Part shown: positions 29,382 through 42,545 of the stretch, piece after piece | Numbering within the stretch: position 1 is the first letter of the stretch | How the letters are laid out: each line of letters begins with the position of its first letter | Source of the DNA: Catajapyx aquilonaris | Lineage: Eukaryota | Assembly (NCBI GenBank): GCA_000934665.2 | Contig: KZ538551.1 | Span: forward strand, 1-64,000 | DNA: 64,000 bases | Direction of reading: 5' to 3' | Made by a program: the position numbers and the translations under genes | Notes under the pieces: generated by a model | The model's database searches: none | Seen by the model: the letters and a program-made list of their open reading frames with translations, nothing else | What the model was told of the DNA's origin: nothing

Positions 29382-30292
29382 CACTGGAAAATAGCGCTAA
29401 AATACATCTGCAGATGATAACTGCTACTCAAATCATAACTGCTTCTGAATTATTATTGTAACTGCTGCCGTAATTATAGCTGTTACACAAATTGTCGTTG
29501 TTGTGATATAAATTGTAACTGTTATTCCGTTGCAACATGAATGACAGAAGGCACAACATTAATTTTTGTTGTTTTGATGAGCACAGATAACTGATTTTAG
29601 AGCTACTGCATAATTTGGTAGTAGCTATGAAATATTTTAGGGAAGGCAGCCCCTATAAGTAGGACCGCAATTTCATATCTGCTACCAATAGCTTTAAAAT
29701 TAGTTATCTATGCGCATCAAAAATCAACAAAAATTAATGGTGCGCCATCTGTCATTCATGTTGCAACAAAATAACAGTTACAATTAGTAGGACAGCTATA
29801 ATTCGGTTAGCAGTTACAATTGTCACAATTTGAAGAACAGTTATAATTTGAATCGTAGTTATCATTTGGATAGTAGCTACAATCGAATAGTAGCTACACA
29901 TTGCGAAGCCGTTATAATTTGCATATCAGTTATCATTACAGCAGCAGTTATAATTTTAAGATCAGTTGCAATTTTATTAGCAGTTATGATTTGAGATATA
30001 ATTTGAAAACTTATAATTTGTATAGCTCTTGTAATTTGCATAACAGTTACAATTTGCCCAGTTGCTATCATTTGGATAGCAGCTAGAATTGAGTAGCAGA
30101 TAGCATTATTCTAGCAGTAAGTTATAATTTTAAGACAGTCTGTTATAATGTGTGTAGCAGCTACAATGTAAAAATCAGTTACGTATCGTTTTAATTTTGT
30201 AGCTGTGATCATTTGCATAACGGTCATAATGTGTCAAGAATTTATAATTTGAATAGCAGTTATAATAGTTATCAAATCGCGTTGTCACAGTG
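29382..30292. mobile_element. Foldback-like element: long inverted arms with outer ~18-bp tandem subrepeats and CACTG...CAGTG ends
   Basis: 29511-29635 is the reverse complement of 29668-29785. Outer arrays of ATAACTGCTA..(left) and TAGCAGTTATAATTTG (right) are in opposite orientation. Confidence 0.75.
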
Positions 30293-32340
30293 GGTAAGTT
30301 TTACCCCAGAGCGACCAGGCTATGGAAGAGCAAATCGGCTGCAATATTGTTAAAATTATGAAAATGCGAACTTTCAAGCTCCAATATTCGGGGTAGCAGG
30401 AGGCACCACCATTTCCGTAGCTGCTAATTTAGCTTTAGCCAGCTGTAGTTAATTTTCTCCATCACTAACTGAACCGCACACCTACTCAGCTTATATCTGA
30501 AAGTACTTACTTTCCCCCCTCCCCCCTACCCATTTTGCTCCCCCCCCCCTCTCCACCTCCTTCTCTATATACCTCAGAGCTAATGCAAAGCTTCTTTGTT
30601 GCAAGATATATCGTCGGCTCCACAACCCAAGCAGCAGACGGGAACAATTATTCCCCCTCTCTATTATTAGTCGCTCCTTGTGTAGTTAGAGGCTGGGTTG
30701 ATGCTGGGAGATGGGGAGTGGAGGAGGGGACCCCAGCTCTGGAAATTTACATGTCAAAGCGCGGATGAGCCGACTTGTGCTCCTTGAAACGTCACTGCCA
30801 AATGCTCTGGAAGCGAGGAAGCTTCCTTCTCGTTTCTTTCCCCCGTGACAGTTTGCCTTTTCCCTCAGGCTCGGAGGAATGCACTTTTTATTGCTAACTA
30901 ATCTTTGCGGGTACCGTCTCGAACAAAATGGTAGGCTGTCCATATTATATTATGAAAGAAAGAGAGCGAGTATAATAATAATAATGACTGTGGCAACAAT
31001 TTCTCGTGGTCCAGTCAAGATGTGAAAAGTTTTTTGGAAGTTACATTTATGCTTTTTACAGAGGAAGCGACATTCCTGTGATTGCCTTTTCTCCAAACTA
31101 GTTACTAGAGTGAACAATCCATAACTTATTCCCCTAACCAATTTTTTCTTGGTCAGTAAGAATTCTTGCACATTTACTGAATTTTTTGTGACGTTCTAAA
31201 CTCAAATGTATTAATCCCATACATGCCAAAATAATAAATCCGCTAAATTCTTCAATAAATCCACAAATCCTCTAAATCATTACATAAATCCGTAAATCCA
31301 CTCAATCCAAAGAATATACTGAATCCACTGAATTCTGAGATAAATCCCATAAATCAATAAATTCTAGAAAACCGGAAATCCGCAGCAGGCAGCTCCGCTA
31401 CTCGGAAATCCCGCGAAACAAAGAAAATTTCGCCCTAAACTGTCATGGCGCCCCGTCACTATTTCACCAGTGCAGCGTTTTCAACTGCAAATCCCTGAAA
31501 AAAAATGTCCCCGTTCGTGCCTAAACCCGACAGATCAGTCGGTATTTTTTAAAAAATTTACTGGCCCCATTCATTTTGAGTGGCCTGCGACAAAACCAGC
31601 GATTGATGCACCGATGCTCCTTTCCAGCCAAAAGTTGGACCGGCCTGCATTATTTACCAATACAAACAAGGCCCAGTCGGCAACCGGATTTTTGCCCCGT
31701 CCACCGGTAAACAGACAAACAAACAAACAAGCTCCGGGGGACCTGCTCCCAATTTTATTTTATTTTTTTCTGCCTTGTTTTTTTTTTTGTTGCACCTCTT
31801 AAGCTCCCCTTCGCACCCTGCTGGAAATAGAAGCACTCGGTGCTTCTTTTCACCCCTGCCCGAGGAGATAATTTACACCGGGAGGTCGGACGGAATGAAT
31901 GGCACTAACAAACTATTCCCTGGCCCATGATTGATTGATTGGTTTCGGATTACTTCTTTCCTGCCTTCCTCGCTATAGTAATGGCTGCTCGCTTTTTTGA
32001 ACGAAACCTTCCCGGAGAGACGAAGGGCAGGGGGGGAAAAAAAAGGAGCGAAGGAGAAAAGAGTTAAGAAAGGAGCACACACAATTTATCACCAACAATA
32101 TTCCGCGGATGACATATCGCCAGATGTGTAGTAACGCAAGCCGGAGGGGGCCTGGGAGCTTTAAACGGCCTGTGACGTCAGGCATGCAGAGCTGGGCTTG
32201 GCTCAATACAGAAGGTTTTTGTTGCATTCTGGCCGAATTTCTGCGTCGAAAAGCGGCTGGAGACAAGCGGTTGCGTGAACCTGAGGAAAACAGGACTCCT
32301 AAATGCGCATGTGCCTCTGTCCGCGGTGAGTCATCAGCTC

Positions 32341-32957
32341 AGTGCGCACCCACACTCGCGCAGTTCCATTCTGACAACAACATTGTCAGAGTTACTTCCA
32401 TTTATACTAGTAGAGCATTGGCAACGTCGGAAACGTCGGCCATTTTGATTCCCCTCCCCAAGAGTAGCGTTGGAAATAAGTTCAGCACGTATTTACCAGT
32501 ACACCCACTACACAGATAACTTCTAGGAGTCAATTACAAAAGTATTGCCTGATCAGTAAATATCCTTGCACATTTACTGCAATTTTAGTGCTATTCTTAA
32601 CTCAAAGTACAGGGTGACTCTAAAGTCTGGATACATAGGCAATTGCATTGAAGTGTTGGTTTCCAGTTGTGCCAACTAGCAGATTATTGTCGATAAGTAA
32701 AGTTTGGCACAGTTAGCACTTGGAGTTGGCACAACTGGCAACCAACAATACAATCTAATTACCTATGTATCCTGACTTTAGAGTCACCCTATACTATATT
32801 AATACGTTTCCTAAATCATAAATCCGATAAATCCTATATTAAATCAACTAAATCATTTCAATCATCATATAAGTACTGTAATTAAATCATTGATTATTGA
32901 TAATGCCAACCGTGCAAGTTGCGCGAAGTGTGGTGCGTCGTAAAAAAAAATCATATA
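32341..32957. mobile_element. Copy of the 34168 family carrying a nested ~365-bp insertion, which itself contains the 32610 MITE
   Basis: Left part matches 34197-34340. ATTTACCAGTACACCCACTAC and TGATAATGCCAACCGTGCA are nearly contiguous in the 46450 copy but separated here. Confidence 0.7.
32610..32791. mobile_element. Tc1/mariner-type MITE, TA-flanked
   Basis: TA|CAGGGTGACTCTAAAGTCTGGATACATAGG ... CCTATGTATCCTGACTTTAGAGTCACCCTA|TA. Confidence 0.9.
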
Positions 32958-34167
32958 AGCAGTAGCACCATCTATGTGACAGGTACAGTACTACGTGGAC
33001 AGTCTCGTGGGAGGGCCGAATAATTCAACCCTCCTGGCCACACTATCTGACGTGGCCACCACTAATCACCGTTCCTTAACGCCACCTTAATCCCAGCGGG
33101 TTGTCTCACACCCTCCTCGGTTCCTTCTTCTTCTTCTTCTTCTTCTTCTTCCGTGCGCATGATTCGATTAATATTTCAACTTTCCCAAGGATGAGAAAAG
33201 TTATGGTCTCGGGGCCAGTGTGAGCCACGGAACGTGCTAATTTATAGAAGAGCGGCCGCCTTGCGGGCAATGCTAGTCTCCCTGTGTGGTGACCAACTAG
33301 TCGCCCCAGCTGCTTTCCAACCCCCCCTTCCCAAAATTTATTAACAGGAATCTCCCAGGAAGCCCAGTGAGAACTAGGCGAGCTGATAGTGAATAATTAA
33401 TGCTCAGGCGACACCCTTTCGACAGCGTTATGGCCCCCAATTTTCCCACCACTCCCACATCTTAACGTCTTTCCTGTCAGCACACTCTTTTCTTTATACC
33501 TTCGGCCATGCAATGCACGTGGGTATTATGCAAAAGGAACTTCTTGTGTTTCAACACACCCACCCACCCACCAGGACTGTTTATAGGTGGACCCCAACTC
33601 CTTCCTTAATTGGAAGCGACAAATCACCCGGGTGTAATCACCACTTGCTCTGCGATCATGCGTGATAATCGTCTTTATAGCACTCATAAGGTTACTCATT
33701 AGTCAGACATTTGTCCAGACCCCCACATTCTCATCATAAAGTAAAGATAAGTAAAGAGGAAGAGAATAGCAACTTCTTTTTCGCTAAAAACAGGCAAATT
33801 GTACGAGTAATTCAACTCTAGACAAACCCTCGCTTCGCTCGCATTTTTCTAGGCCTGCGTCCTGCGGTGAGGTGGCCAAAGGACATACTATAATGCACCT
33901 CTGGAACCTCCCACTTTTCAAGTTTCCATGGAAAATGATCTCAACAGTATATGAGTGAACAGTGTCAACGAAAGGTGACTGTTTACTCGTATTGTTGTGC
34001 GAGGGGGGCCAATCGGAAGCTTCTCGGTAACAATATGCGGCAGACCAATAAGAGGCCTCGGTCGAGCAACGGAGGGTTTTAATATTATATATGTAAAAAA
34101 AAAAGTCGTTGCAAATCTTCACATAACGCAAGGAATTTTTCTTAAATAAACTCGGAATATCTATTCA

Positions 34168-34409
34168 TATAGATGAATTTTTTACGAGGGCAACCGAATG
34201 CGCGCCCACACTCGCGCAAGTCCATTGTTTCGACAACAACGTTGCAACCGTTACTCCTCAAATTGCCACCGGTAGCCTCTAAGGTTCGTTCCAGACCCTT
34301 GGCAACGTCGCAAAAGTCGGCCATATTGTCACCCCCCCAAGTGTAATGTTGAAAACCATTTGCGCGAACTGTGTTGCGCACTCGGTTGCACTCGCATTAA
34401 AAATCATAT
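34168..34409. mobile_element. TIR element of a family also present at 25858-25990, 32341-32957 and 46403-46558
   Basis: TATAGATGAATTTTTTACGAGGGCAACCGAATGCGC...CGCGCAA / TTGCGCGAACTGTGTTGCGCACTCGGTTGCACTCG. Core TTGGCAACGTCG...GCCAT shared with the 25.9 and 32.4 kb copies; right end shared with the 46.5 kb copy. Confidence 0.75.
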
Positions 34410-37400
34410 TAAATGTCCAAATAATTCGAAAGGAACAATAATAATGTAGGCTATTGCCGTTTTGTGCAAATAAATGGATCGTGCGGGGATCGTGTAACCA
34501 GCAGGTGTGCCAATCTCTCAAGCAAGGAGGGCATCAACTATAGGCATCTTCCTTTTCGCTTGCTTCCAAACCGAACCCTATAGAACAAGCGCGGTTTTTG
34601 CTTCCATAAAAGGTCTTAAATTCCCTTCTGCAAAGAGAGAGCACTAGCGTAAAGAAAAAGGGAAGAAGAAAAAAATCGGAGAGGGTGAAAAGCTTTGCGG
34701 GAAGCCAAGTCAAGGTTTGCGGTGTGTACGGTTGGAAATATGAATCCCATAGAGAGGCACTTTCTCTCTCGGCTTTTCCACCCACCCTCAGCAGCAAGTC
34801 CTCCGATATTTCAAGGCGACGGACAAGAGGAAACAGGCGTCAAGGAGCCCGGAAACACAGTGCAATCAGGTCGGAAGGAGAATAATGAACGCAAGTAGGA
34901 AAAGCCCCATGATAAATATTTAGGGATCATGATGATGAAAAAACACACTTCATTGGACTGAATACAACATGATTTCCGACTCAGGAGGGAAGGAATAAAT
35001 AACTGGAAAAAAAATCTCATTTCTATTTATAAAACACGTGCTCTCTCTCTTGAGTTTCATCTCATGAATAACACGTGCCAACACCGGTTTACCTTTAATA
35101 TTCAATGCTCGGAGTAATTAGCAGTCTAGGATCTACTTACCAGTACAGTCAGTTTATTCAACCTTTTCACTGACCATTTGAGATAATTATGTAATACATA
35201 CACATCAAAATATTTACTCAATAATAACCAATGGTGCGAGTACTGCGAGGTTTTAATACGGTATGCCAATAACATTGGTCTAGTTTTTCAGTGCAAAAGG
35301 AGCAAAAATATTGCATCTAATGTTAGGTTCAACCATTCAGGCCAGATTCTGCAAAACAATAACATTAAATTAAAATTACAAATGCATATATGGAGTTTTC
35401 CAGGCAGAAAGAAGACCTACATGCAATAGAAATATTTTGCGCCCATTACAGATGGTGTAACTTACTTGAAAATAGCAATTGTTGCTAAAATATTGTAATG
35501 CGCCATTTTTTTACTGATTAAAGTTTTCAAACCAACAAGGGGTGCCAACCCTTCAAGTAAATAGGCCTTCACCTATACACCACCCTGTATCAGCACTGTG
35601 TTACCTCAGCCGTTCAGCCTCCCCATTTATATTCAAATAATAATCAAATGATAGGACGCTTCTCGCAGGCAGGGCGGTGGATTATAATATATGCGCCAGC
35701 TACGTAGGCTCCACTTCAGGCACTTGCCAAAAACTTGCTTCCTCTTCACACACCTGAAGGGGGGTAAGGGAACTAAGAAGATAAAATATACAAGGCCACA
35801 AAATTAGCGGCAGTTTTCTTTCGCCCAGCCATAAAATTTCAAGGGCTTGATGGGGATGGAAACTAATCCAATCTACCTGCAGGCAAAACTTGGGGAGCCG
35901 CAGCACAGGCATAAGTGACTCTTGGCACCCACTTCATCACAAAACTAACACCTTTCGCGCACTTCCAACCCAACCCCCCCACACCCTTTTATTCCCCTAC
36001 TAGGACTCCTTCTATTTTTTCGCGTGCAAAGTACGACAGGCAATTTTCCCCCGACACATTTTCCGCCAATTTCGTCAGAGCTCAACTCAAAACACCTCAC
36101 ATAGATGGCGCACGCCACATGCATCTAGTGATGACTCGCCCCGGACAAACTGAGGCAGAGACTATTCTATCCTAATTAACTCAACAGGAGTCGAGTTTCG
36201 ACTATAATTTTTTCCTGTGATAATCAGACTCGCTCATCCCACACTCACATTAGCGTTTTTTTTTTTCCAGGAGGCTCACATTGCTGAAAGCGCAATAATT
36301 CAACTGTAAGTACTTTCCCCCTACTGACACTTGTACAAACATGAATAAAACGCCCCCCTTTTTATTGCGAGTTCCGGAGCCTCCCCATTTAATATTCAAT
36401 GCGTAACAATGGGCAGCATCACGAGGACTGTATAGGCGAACTGTGCAGCGAGAGAAGAAAAAAATTATTTAAAAATTGCGCAGCTTCACATATAGCCAAA
36501 GCCTCACATAATGACATGCTGGTTTAATCTGGCCGGCTTATACCAACTAAATACGACGGTCGGTTGTAATAACTTATGTATATTTGTGAATTCGGCACAA
36601 ATAATATTTGCAGTGCTATGTACACTCTGTGCATTGCTGGACTAATTGATCAATTTGCCAGTTACGGAAATGCTATTCATGGGGAAGTGCACAGGTCCAA
36701 TAGGAGAAATCCATAAGTATTATTACAACAGTTTAAAATATTTAAAAATTCATTTGTGCATAGTTTTTTTGGCAGAGAATAAATTGTGCACACCGCTGCT
36801 AATTGCTTTAAAAATAAATGTAAAGTTAGTTATTCATTCTTTTGAGTCATTTTTAACTTGATATACCAACTGGCGATGTAATAAATATATTTATAAACTG
36901 CTTTTACGTTTATTCCGGTGAAAGAAACCCCTAAAAAATTGTATTGCTAAAATTAATATTTCAGCAAATAGCTATATACAAAGCAGAAGGTTTGTCCATA
37001 TGTTTGTATGTCCGTGATACTTAACCCACTTTCATACTACTGAGAGTCCCGAAACTTGGCACACCGAATTTTTACGTGCTGCTGATTCAAAAAAAATCGA
37101 AAACGGCACTTTTTGAGTCTAAATACCCAATATTTAGGATTTCCTGTTTCGTATAAAGGTCATAGCGAGCTACAGTGGCCGACATTTCCATAGCTATTAG
37201 CTTCAATCGGTACGCAATATTTAATTTGCAAACCGTTGTTTAAAACTGCGTTCCGGATTTGCCCATGATGGCTCCCACAGGTCACCAGATTTTAGAGCCG
37301 GATACGAAAGTAATCGGAAAAGCCAGGATTTACATGGGGGGAAAATCATTGGCAAAACAGTTCCCGAAAAAAAAAAATCCCGTTCGCATTATACGCAGCT

Positions 37401-38543
37401 CTGAAAAGGCTGTAATTGCGCATTTTCCCTTCCTCAACATGCATTCCGCAATTTCAGGTTACCAGAAAATTGTCATTGTGCTCTTCCTCTTTTTCACTCC
37501 TGTGTGTATATTACCCCCCAACATGTTATATATTCATGCTGCAAAACTGCCTCAACGTGTGGCTCACAATGGCACACCCAGAAGCTCATTTGCATACATC
37601 CATTAACAAACAATGAGAAATAGCCCCACCGGTGTATAAGTAACGGCAGGAATTGAACTACAGCCATGTTTTTTTTCCAGCAAAAAAAATTTTCGCGCAC
37701 TCTCTACCCGAGTTTTTTTTCCACCAATTCCGTCCTGTTCACGTGATGCACTGGCCATTCATCCAGAGGCACAAAGGGATTGTTATCTTCGTTGGATAAA
37801 AGCCAGTTTATCATCAATGACAAATGAGTGAGTGTATAGGGTCCCGTCCACCAATGTCTATTTCTGGGTTTTCGCACAGCTGCAGTCAGGAATAAATATA
37901 AGGCAAATCAATTCGAGGGGGGGAATGGGACCACATATCCGTGCAAAAAAAAATCGCAAATGCATCCACGTCACATTGCATACAAAAAAAGCGCAACCAA
38001 ACATAGATTACACTACTTACAATCTTTCAGAAATTACAGCCCGTTTTTTTCCCCCAGCTGTGTGTCCGAGCTTGAAAATCGCGATAAGGTTTGCAAATAT
38101 AGCGTGCTAAAAATACATTTTTAAAAATTTGCAGGCCATCTCGCTTATAATCCTATAAAAAGCTTAAAGTTTGTGGTGTTAGTGCCCGCAACATATGTCC
38201 GGAATGGATCCCCCCCCCCCCCCTTGCAAAATGTTTTTGCCGCCCGAACTAGAAAACTGGATTTAAATGCACACGGGAGTTTTGGCATTTGAAGATAATC
38301 CGCATTGGTAATTTAGCGTCGCGTTAATCTCGGGGGCGACTCCGACCCTGTAAAAATGAAATACACGCCCAATTTAACCCGCCCCGTTATGTATTGTAGA
38401 GCTAAATTCTGCAATCTGGCTCATTGATTTATTGTTGCTTTACACACACACACATATGCTGGGTTTTATTATTACTTCCAGTATGTGTGGGTTGACCATT
38501 TATACTCAACTAGTGAACCCATTACCAAAATTTGGCAACACTT

Positions 38544-38759
38544 ATCTTTCTTCTAATACCCTATTGGCCTACACTATTTTTTCTTCATCGGATGTTTGTC
38601 CGGCTTGTCGCAATGGAATCCGATTTAACACGTAGTACTAATCTTCACTCATAGATGGCGCACTCTTCACCTGCATACTACTGCCACATGCGGGTGATAG
38701 TGGTACTATCAGATCGGACAAACATCCAACGGAGAGCATAAGCAGATTAGAAGAAGGAT
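38544..38759 (-). mobile_element. Most complete copy of an unclassified AGATGGCGC-motif short repeat family
   Basis: ATCTTTCTTCTAAT...GGATGTTTGTCCG / CGGACAAACATCC...ATTAGAAGAAGGAT inverted ends around the GTAGTAC...ATAGATGGCGCA...CTGCCAC...GTGGTACTA core. Confidence 0.65.
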
Positions 38760-41700
38760 TGAGCAGATGTAAGCATACTTGTTTACATTCTCATAAAAAT
38801 AATGAAACAATATTTTAATATTTGAAACAAAATTTCAATAATAATTTGTTAGATATTCGGCTGAATCCCGAGCCAAGAATATAACCTGGCTCAGTCCCTT
38901 ACAATACGTCAGAAACAGCTGATTCCAATATACGATCAATAAGCAAAATCTCCCCCCTAGCTCACCCCCCTCTGCCCCCCCCCNNNNNNNNNNNNNNNNN
39001 NNNNNNNNNNNNNNNNNNNNNNNNNNNNNNNNNNNNNNNNNNNNNNNNNNNNNNNNNNNNNCCCCCCCCTCCTCCCTCCCTCAACCACCCCAAAAATTTG
39101 TGACACCTCAGTTCGCCAAAGTTCGCCAAAGAAATTCGCAAATCATCTCGCGGGTGGTGGCACCACCTAATATGAACCCGCATCTTAATTGGTGCCCACC
39201 CAATTAAGCCTCCAACTGCAGGGAAGCAAAAAAAAACTATTTATTAACACTCCTAATTAACAAAAGTATTTGCACTTCACCCTTTTTTTGCGAGCCGCCA
39301 TCATAATACTGAGGTTTTTGTAAACAGTTTTTGGGGGTGAGATAAGTCGCGTTATGTACACACAGCAAAAGTATCTGGAGATGTAAATAGTAATTTACAC
39401 CATTCGAAACCGCAGTGTTGTCAAACTTAGGAATAAAGTCACATCTGCAAATGTGTGCAGATAGGTCGTTTTTCTTTTTTTGCAAAGTACGGCGGTGCCA
39501 ACAGAATTCATCCATGTTGACCTTAAATCACGTGATCTGTTTTGGCAATACTGGTCATGACATGAATGAAGAGGTCCCCCCTTCACAATTTCTTCTCCCC
39601 CAAAAAATGTGCTAGTTTGAACTAGGGTTAGTGCATATAGGAGAGGCCTACTCGTACGTAAAAATCAATAGGCGCTACTTCCGCAGCTACGACCAATCCG
39701 TAAGAACAAGGCGAGGGGGGGGGTGGAACAGGGTGGGTCTAAAGTGATAAAAAAGAGCCCCCCCCCCCTCGATTTTCACATGTGTTGAAAAATCGACAGA
39801 AAAATATTTTGGATGTAAAAAGTATGAAGGGACGCAATGCGAAAAACGAAGATTCAGGGTGTGTGCTGGGCCGTACTTCAGGCATGACTGCCATAGCTCC
39901 CCGGAAAAGCGGTTTAGACTAATCCAATCAGCAGAACGGAATTATCTGCGGACAAAACCGCACGGTTTGTTGACACGAAAAGTTATTGCGTACTGGCCTG
40001 CAGTCTTTAAGCGGCGACGATTAAACTCGGTTACCGCAAGATCGACGCTACGGGTTTCACGCCTGCGCACCACGAGAGACACATTACGCAAAAATATACG
40101 CATGCAAAAAAAATTGCATAAAAATATATCCTTAAAAATGATTCACACCACTATTTCTTCGAAGCTTCATAATTTCAAAGCAGACCCAATATTCGAAGTT
40201 TGCTCAGGCTAGGTATTGCAAAAAAAATCATTTCAATTTGACAAAAATTGGCTGCCATTTTTATTACACTAAATGTGGCTTGCGATAGGTAAGAAACTAA
40301 ATGCGTCGTTTTCTTAACTGATCAATTTTAATCAACAGCAGTGCGGTACATGCAGCTTTTACATACGGCGAAGCTGGCCATTTAATTAAAAATATTAACA
40401 TGCAGAAAATATTTAAGATATGAGCCTAAAAGGCAATTTTAATTGTTCAGTGATAATAGATAAGGTTTTGAAAAATGTGCAGCAAACCGGCCAATTTTTA
40501 AATTTAATTACTCCCGAGGTGATTTGTCAGCATGTATTCAACCGCATTTAATTAAGCTCGAAATAAGCATTATTTCACATATTTTTGGCCTCTTCCGTTC
40601 AAACGTTCCCAGACACTGCGTAAAGAATTGCATATGATTTATTCGAGTGAAAATTAAAAATTTTAACATATTAACTGCGGCAGAATCCAACTCATTGCAT
40701 ATCATTCTTAATATTCAGCACACACTGCAGAACCCACATCGAAACATGCTCAATTTTTCTCTTCATCCTGACATTGAAAGCATCCCTTCAGCCTCTCTTG
40801 TTCGTCTGGACGCGTAACTTCCAGGCGCTCTAATCGAGCCAAAAGTTGCCCTGCCTCTCCATCTCTTTTCACAAAATCTAACCAGGGGTAAAAGGTAGCG
40901 ATTCGCTCAACCTACCTCACGTGGGTAACCCTACGCTCAGCCGATGGTTAATTAAGTCAATGTACAACTTACCGCACTGCAAAACCGCTCGTCTCTGCAA
41001 AGTGCAAACTTATATCTCGTTTGCTCCACTTTCAGCAAAACCTCGGCTGCAAAAGTTGGCGCCCAGGCTCACATCGACATGTTATGTCACAATGCTTTCT
41101 AATCCAACGCGTACTTGTCAAAAGCCTGTAGTACACCACAGCGCAATGATATTTATTAACAAATGCATAAACCTGTACGAGTGTACGTATACGGATGCAT
41201 CAAAGGCTGCTTTATGCAAATAAGAAATCCGGCTGGTTTTATCGATATATTATTTACTGGCTTTGGTGCGTCTGGCCCTAACTGGAGGTTAGTATTAGGA
41301 ATTAATTTGTGCAAGGGACGGGTTTTGGTTTAAGCGCAAATAAAAGCGCCCGACATTTAGTTAAGTCATCAGTTATGGACTTATGGATCAAAGCATAAGC
41401 CGGTTTCAAAATCGCTGATATTATTCCAATCTGGAACATTCTGTACATTTTTGCAAACATTTTAAACCGTATGGCATACCAGTAATGGCGCAACCTATAG
41501 GGCATTAACGGCGGGTTATTTCCAATATTATGCACTGAGGTCCACTTAACTTCCATGAAAAATCTTACCAAGCACCGCCAATTATACGTCGAACACCACG
41601 TCACTTGTTGAGAAATCACTGTCGCAGTGTTCACGACACTCTTCAAAAACCATTGATCACCAAACTGCCACTCAATATTCGTGGGTCTGGTCACGATTGA

Positions 41701-42009
41701 ACCGAACCCACCAAGCACAATAGGGGTCACTGAGTCACCGGCAAGTGTTGGCGACCCCTTGTCGCGGTGACAGATTCATCTCGTCGCAAAGAGAGAGAAA
41801 AGAGAAGGGAGGACTTGTGTGTATAGGTTTCCTCAAATCCGAGCACGTAACTTGGAAGCAATCACTCGGGAAATGGCCAACATTCATCAGACCGCAGGAA
41901 GCGATAGGGAACCGCCCCCGCAAAACCGGTCACTTGGTCATTATAGTGCCCGCCCGGGACTTGATAAGTGACTTGATCCTGGGGTCAAACATCCAGCCAC
42001 ACCCCCCTC

Positions 42010-42545
42010 ATTCCTAGCAAAAAAAAAGGCCGTATCTGCAAATAAGAACCGTACACACGGCCACACAGTAAAAACGCCACATCTGCACTGCCACACAGTA
42101 AAAAAGCCATATCTGCAGTCACTAGCACAAAAAAATACGTATCTGCCCGTGCACAGTAAAACGCCCTAGGCTCGCTCATAGGGTCACACAGTAAAAATAA
42201 GTCATATCTGCAATTAGGCCCGTACACAGGGCCACACAGTAAGAAAGCCCTATCTGCAGTCCGGCTATAGCTCACTCTCTCACGTAGTAAAATCTATATG
42301 CAATCCGGGCATCGTTCACTAGCAAAGAAGACGTACCTGCCACACACTGTGCCACACAGTAAGGAAATCCTATCTGCAGACAGCCCCGCACACAGGGCCA
42401 CACAGTAAGAACGCCCTATCTGCAGTCCGGCTCGCTCGCACTCTCACATAGTAAAAAAGGCGTATCTGCAATCCGTCCCCCCCGGTTCACCAGCAAGAAG
42501 GCCGTATCTGCAAACACTTTACCAGGGGGATTTCTGCACACTGGT
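42010..42545 (+). repeat. Degenerate tandem array of CACACAGTAA-N7/8-TATCTGCA motifs with variable linkers
   Basis: About 13 TATCTGCA-like copies spaced ~25-65 bp apart, with a higher-order duplication 42225 vs 42391. Confidence 0.9.

Noticed and set aside
29877..30086. Repetitive IITA-rich ORFs
   Set aside because: Translation of the 18-bp subrepeats of the foldback element.
42010..42545. CRISPR array
   Set aside because: Eukaryotic context, degenerate repeats, linkers related to each other by duplication, and no cas genes.
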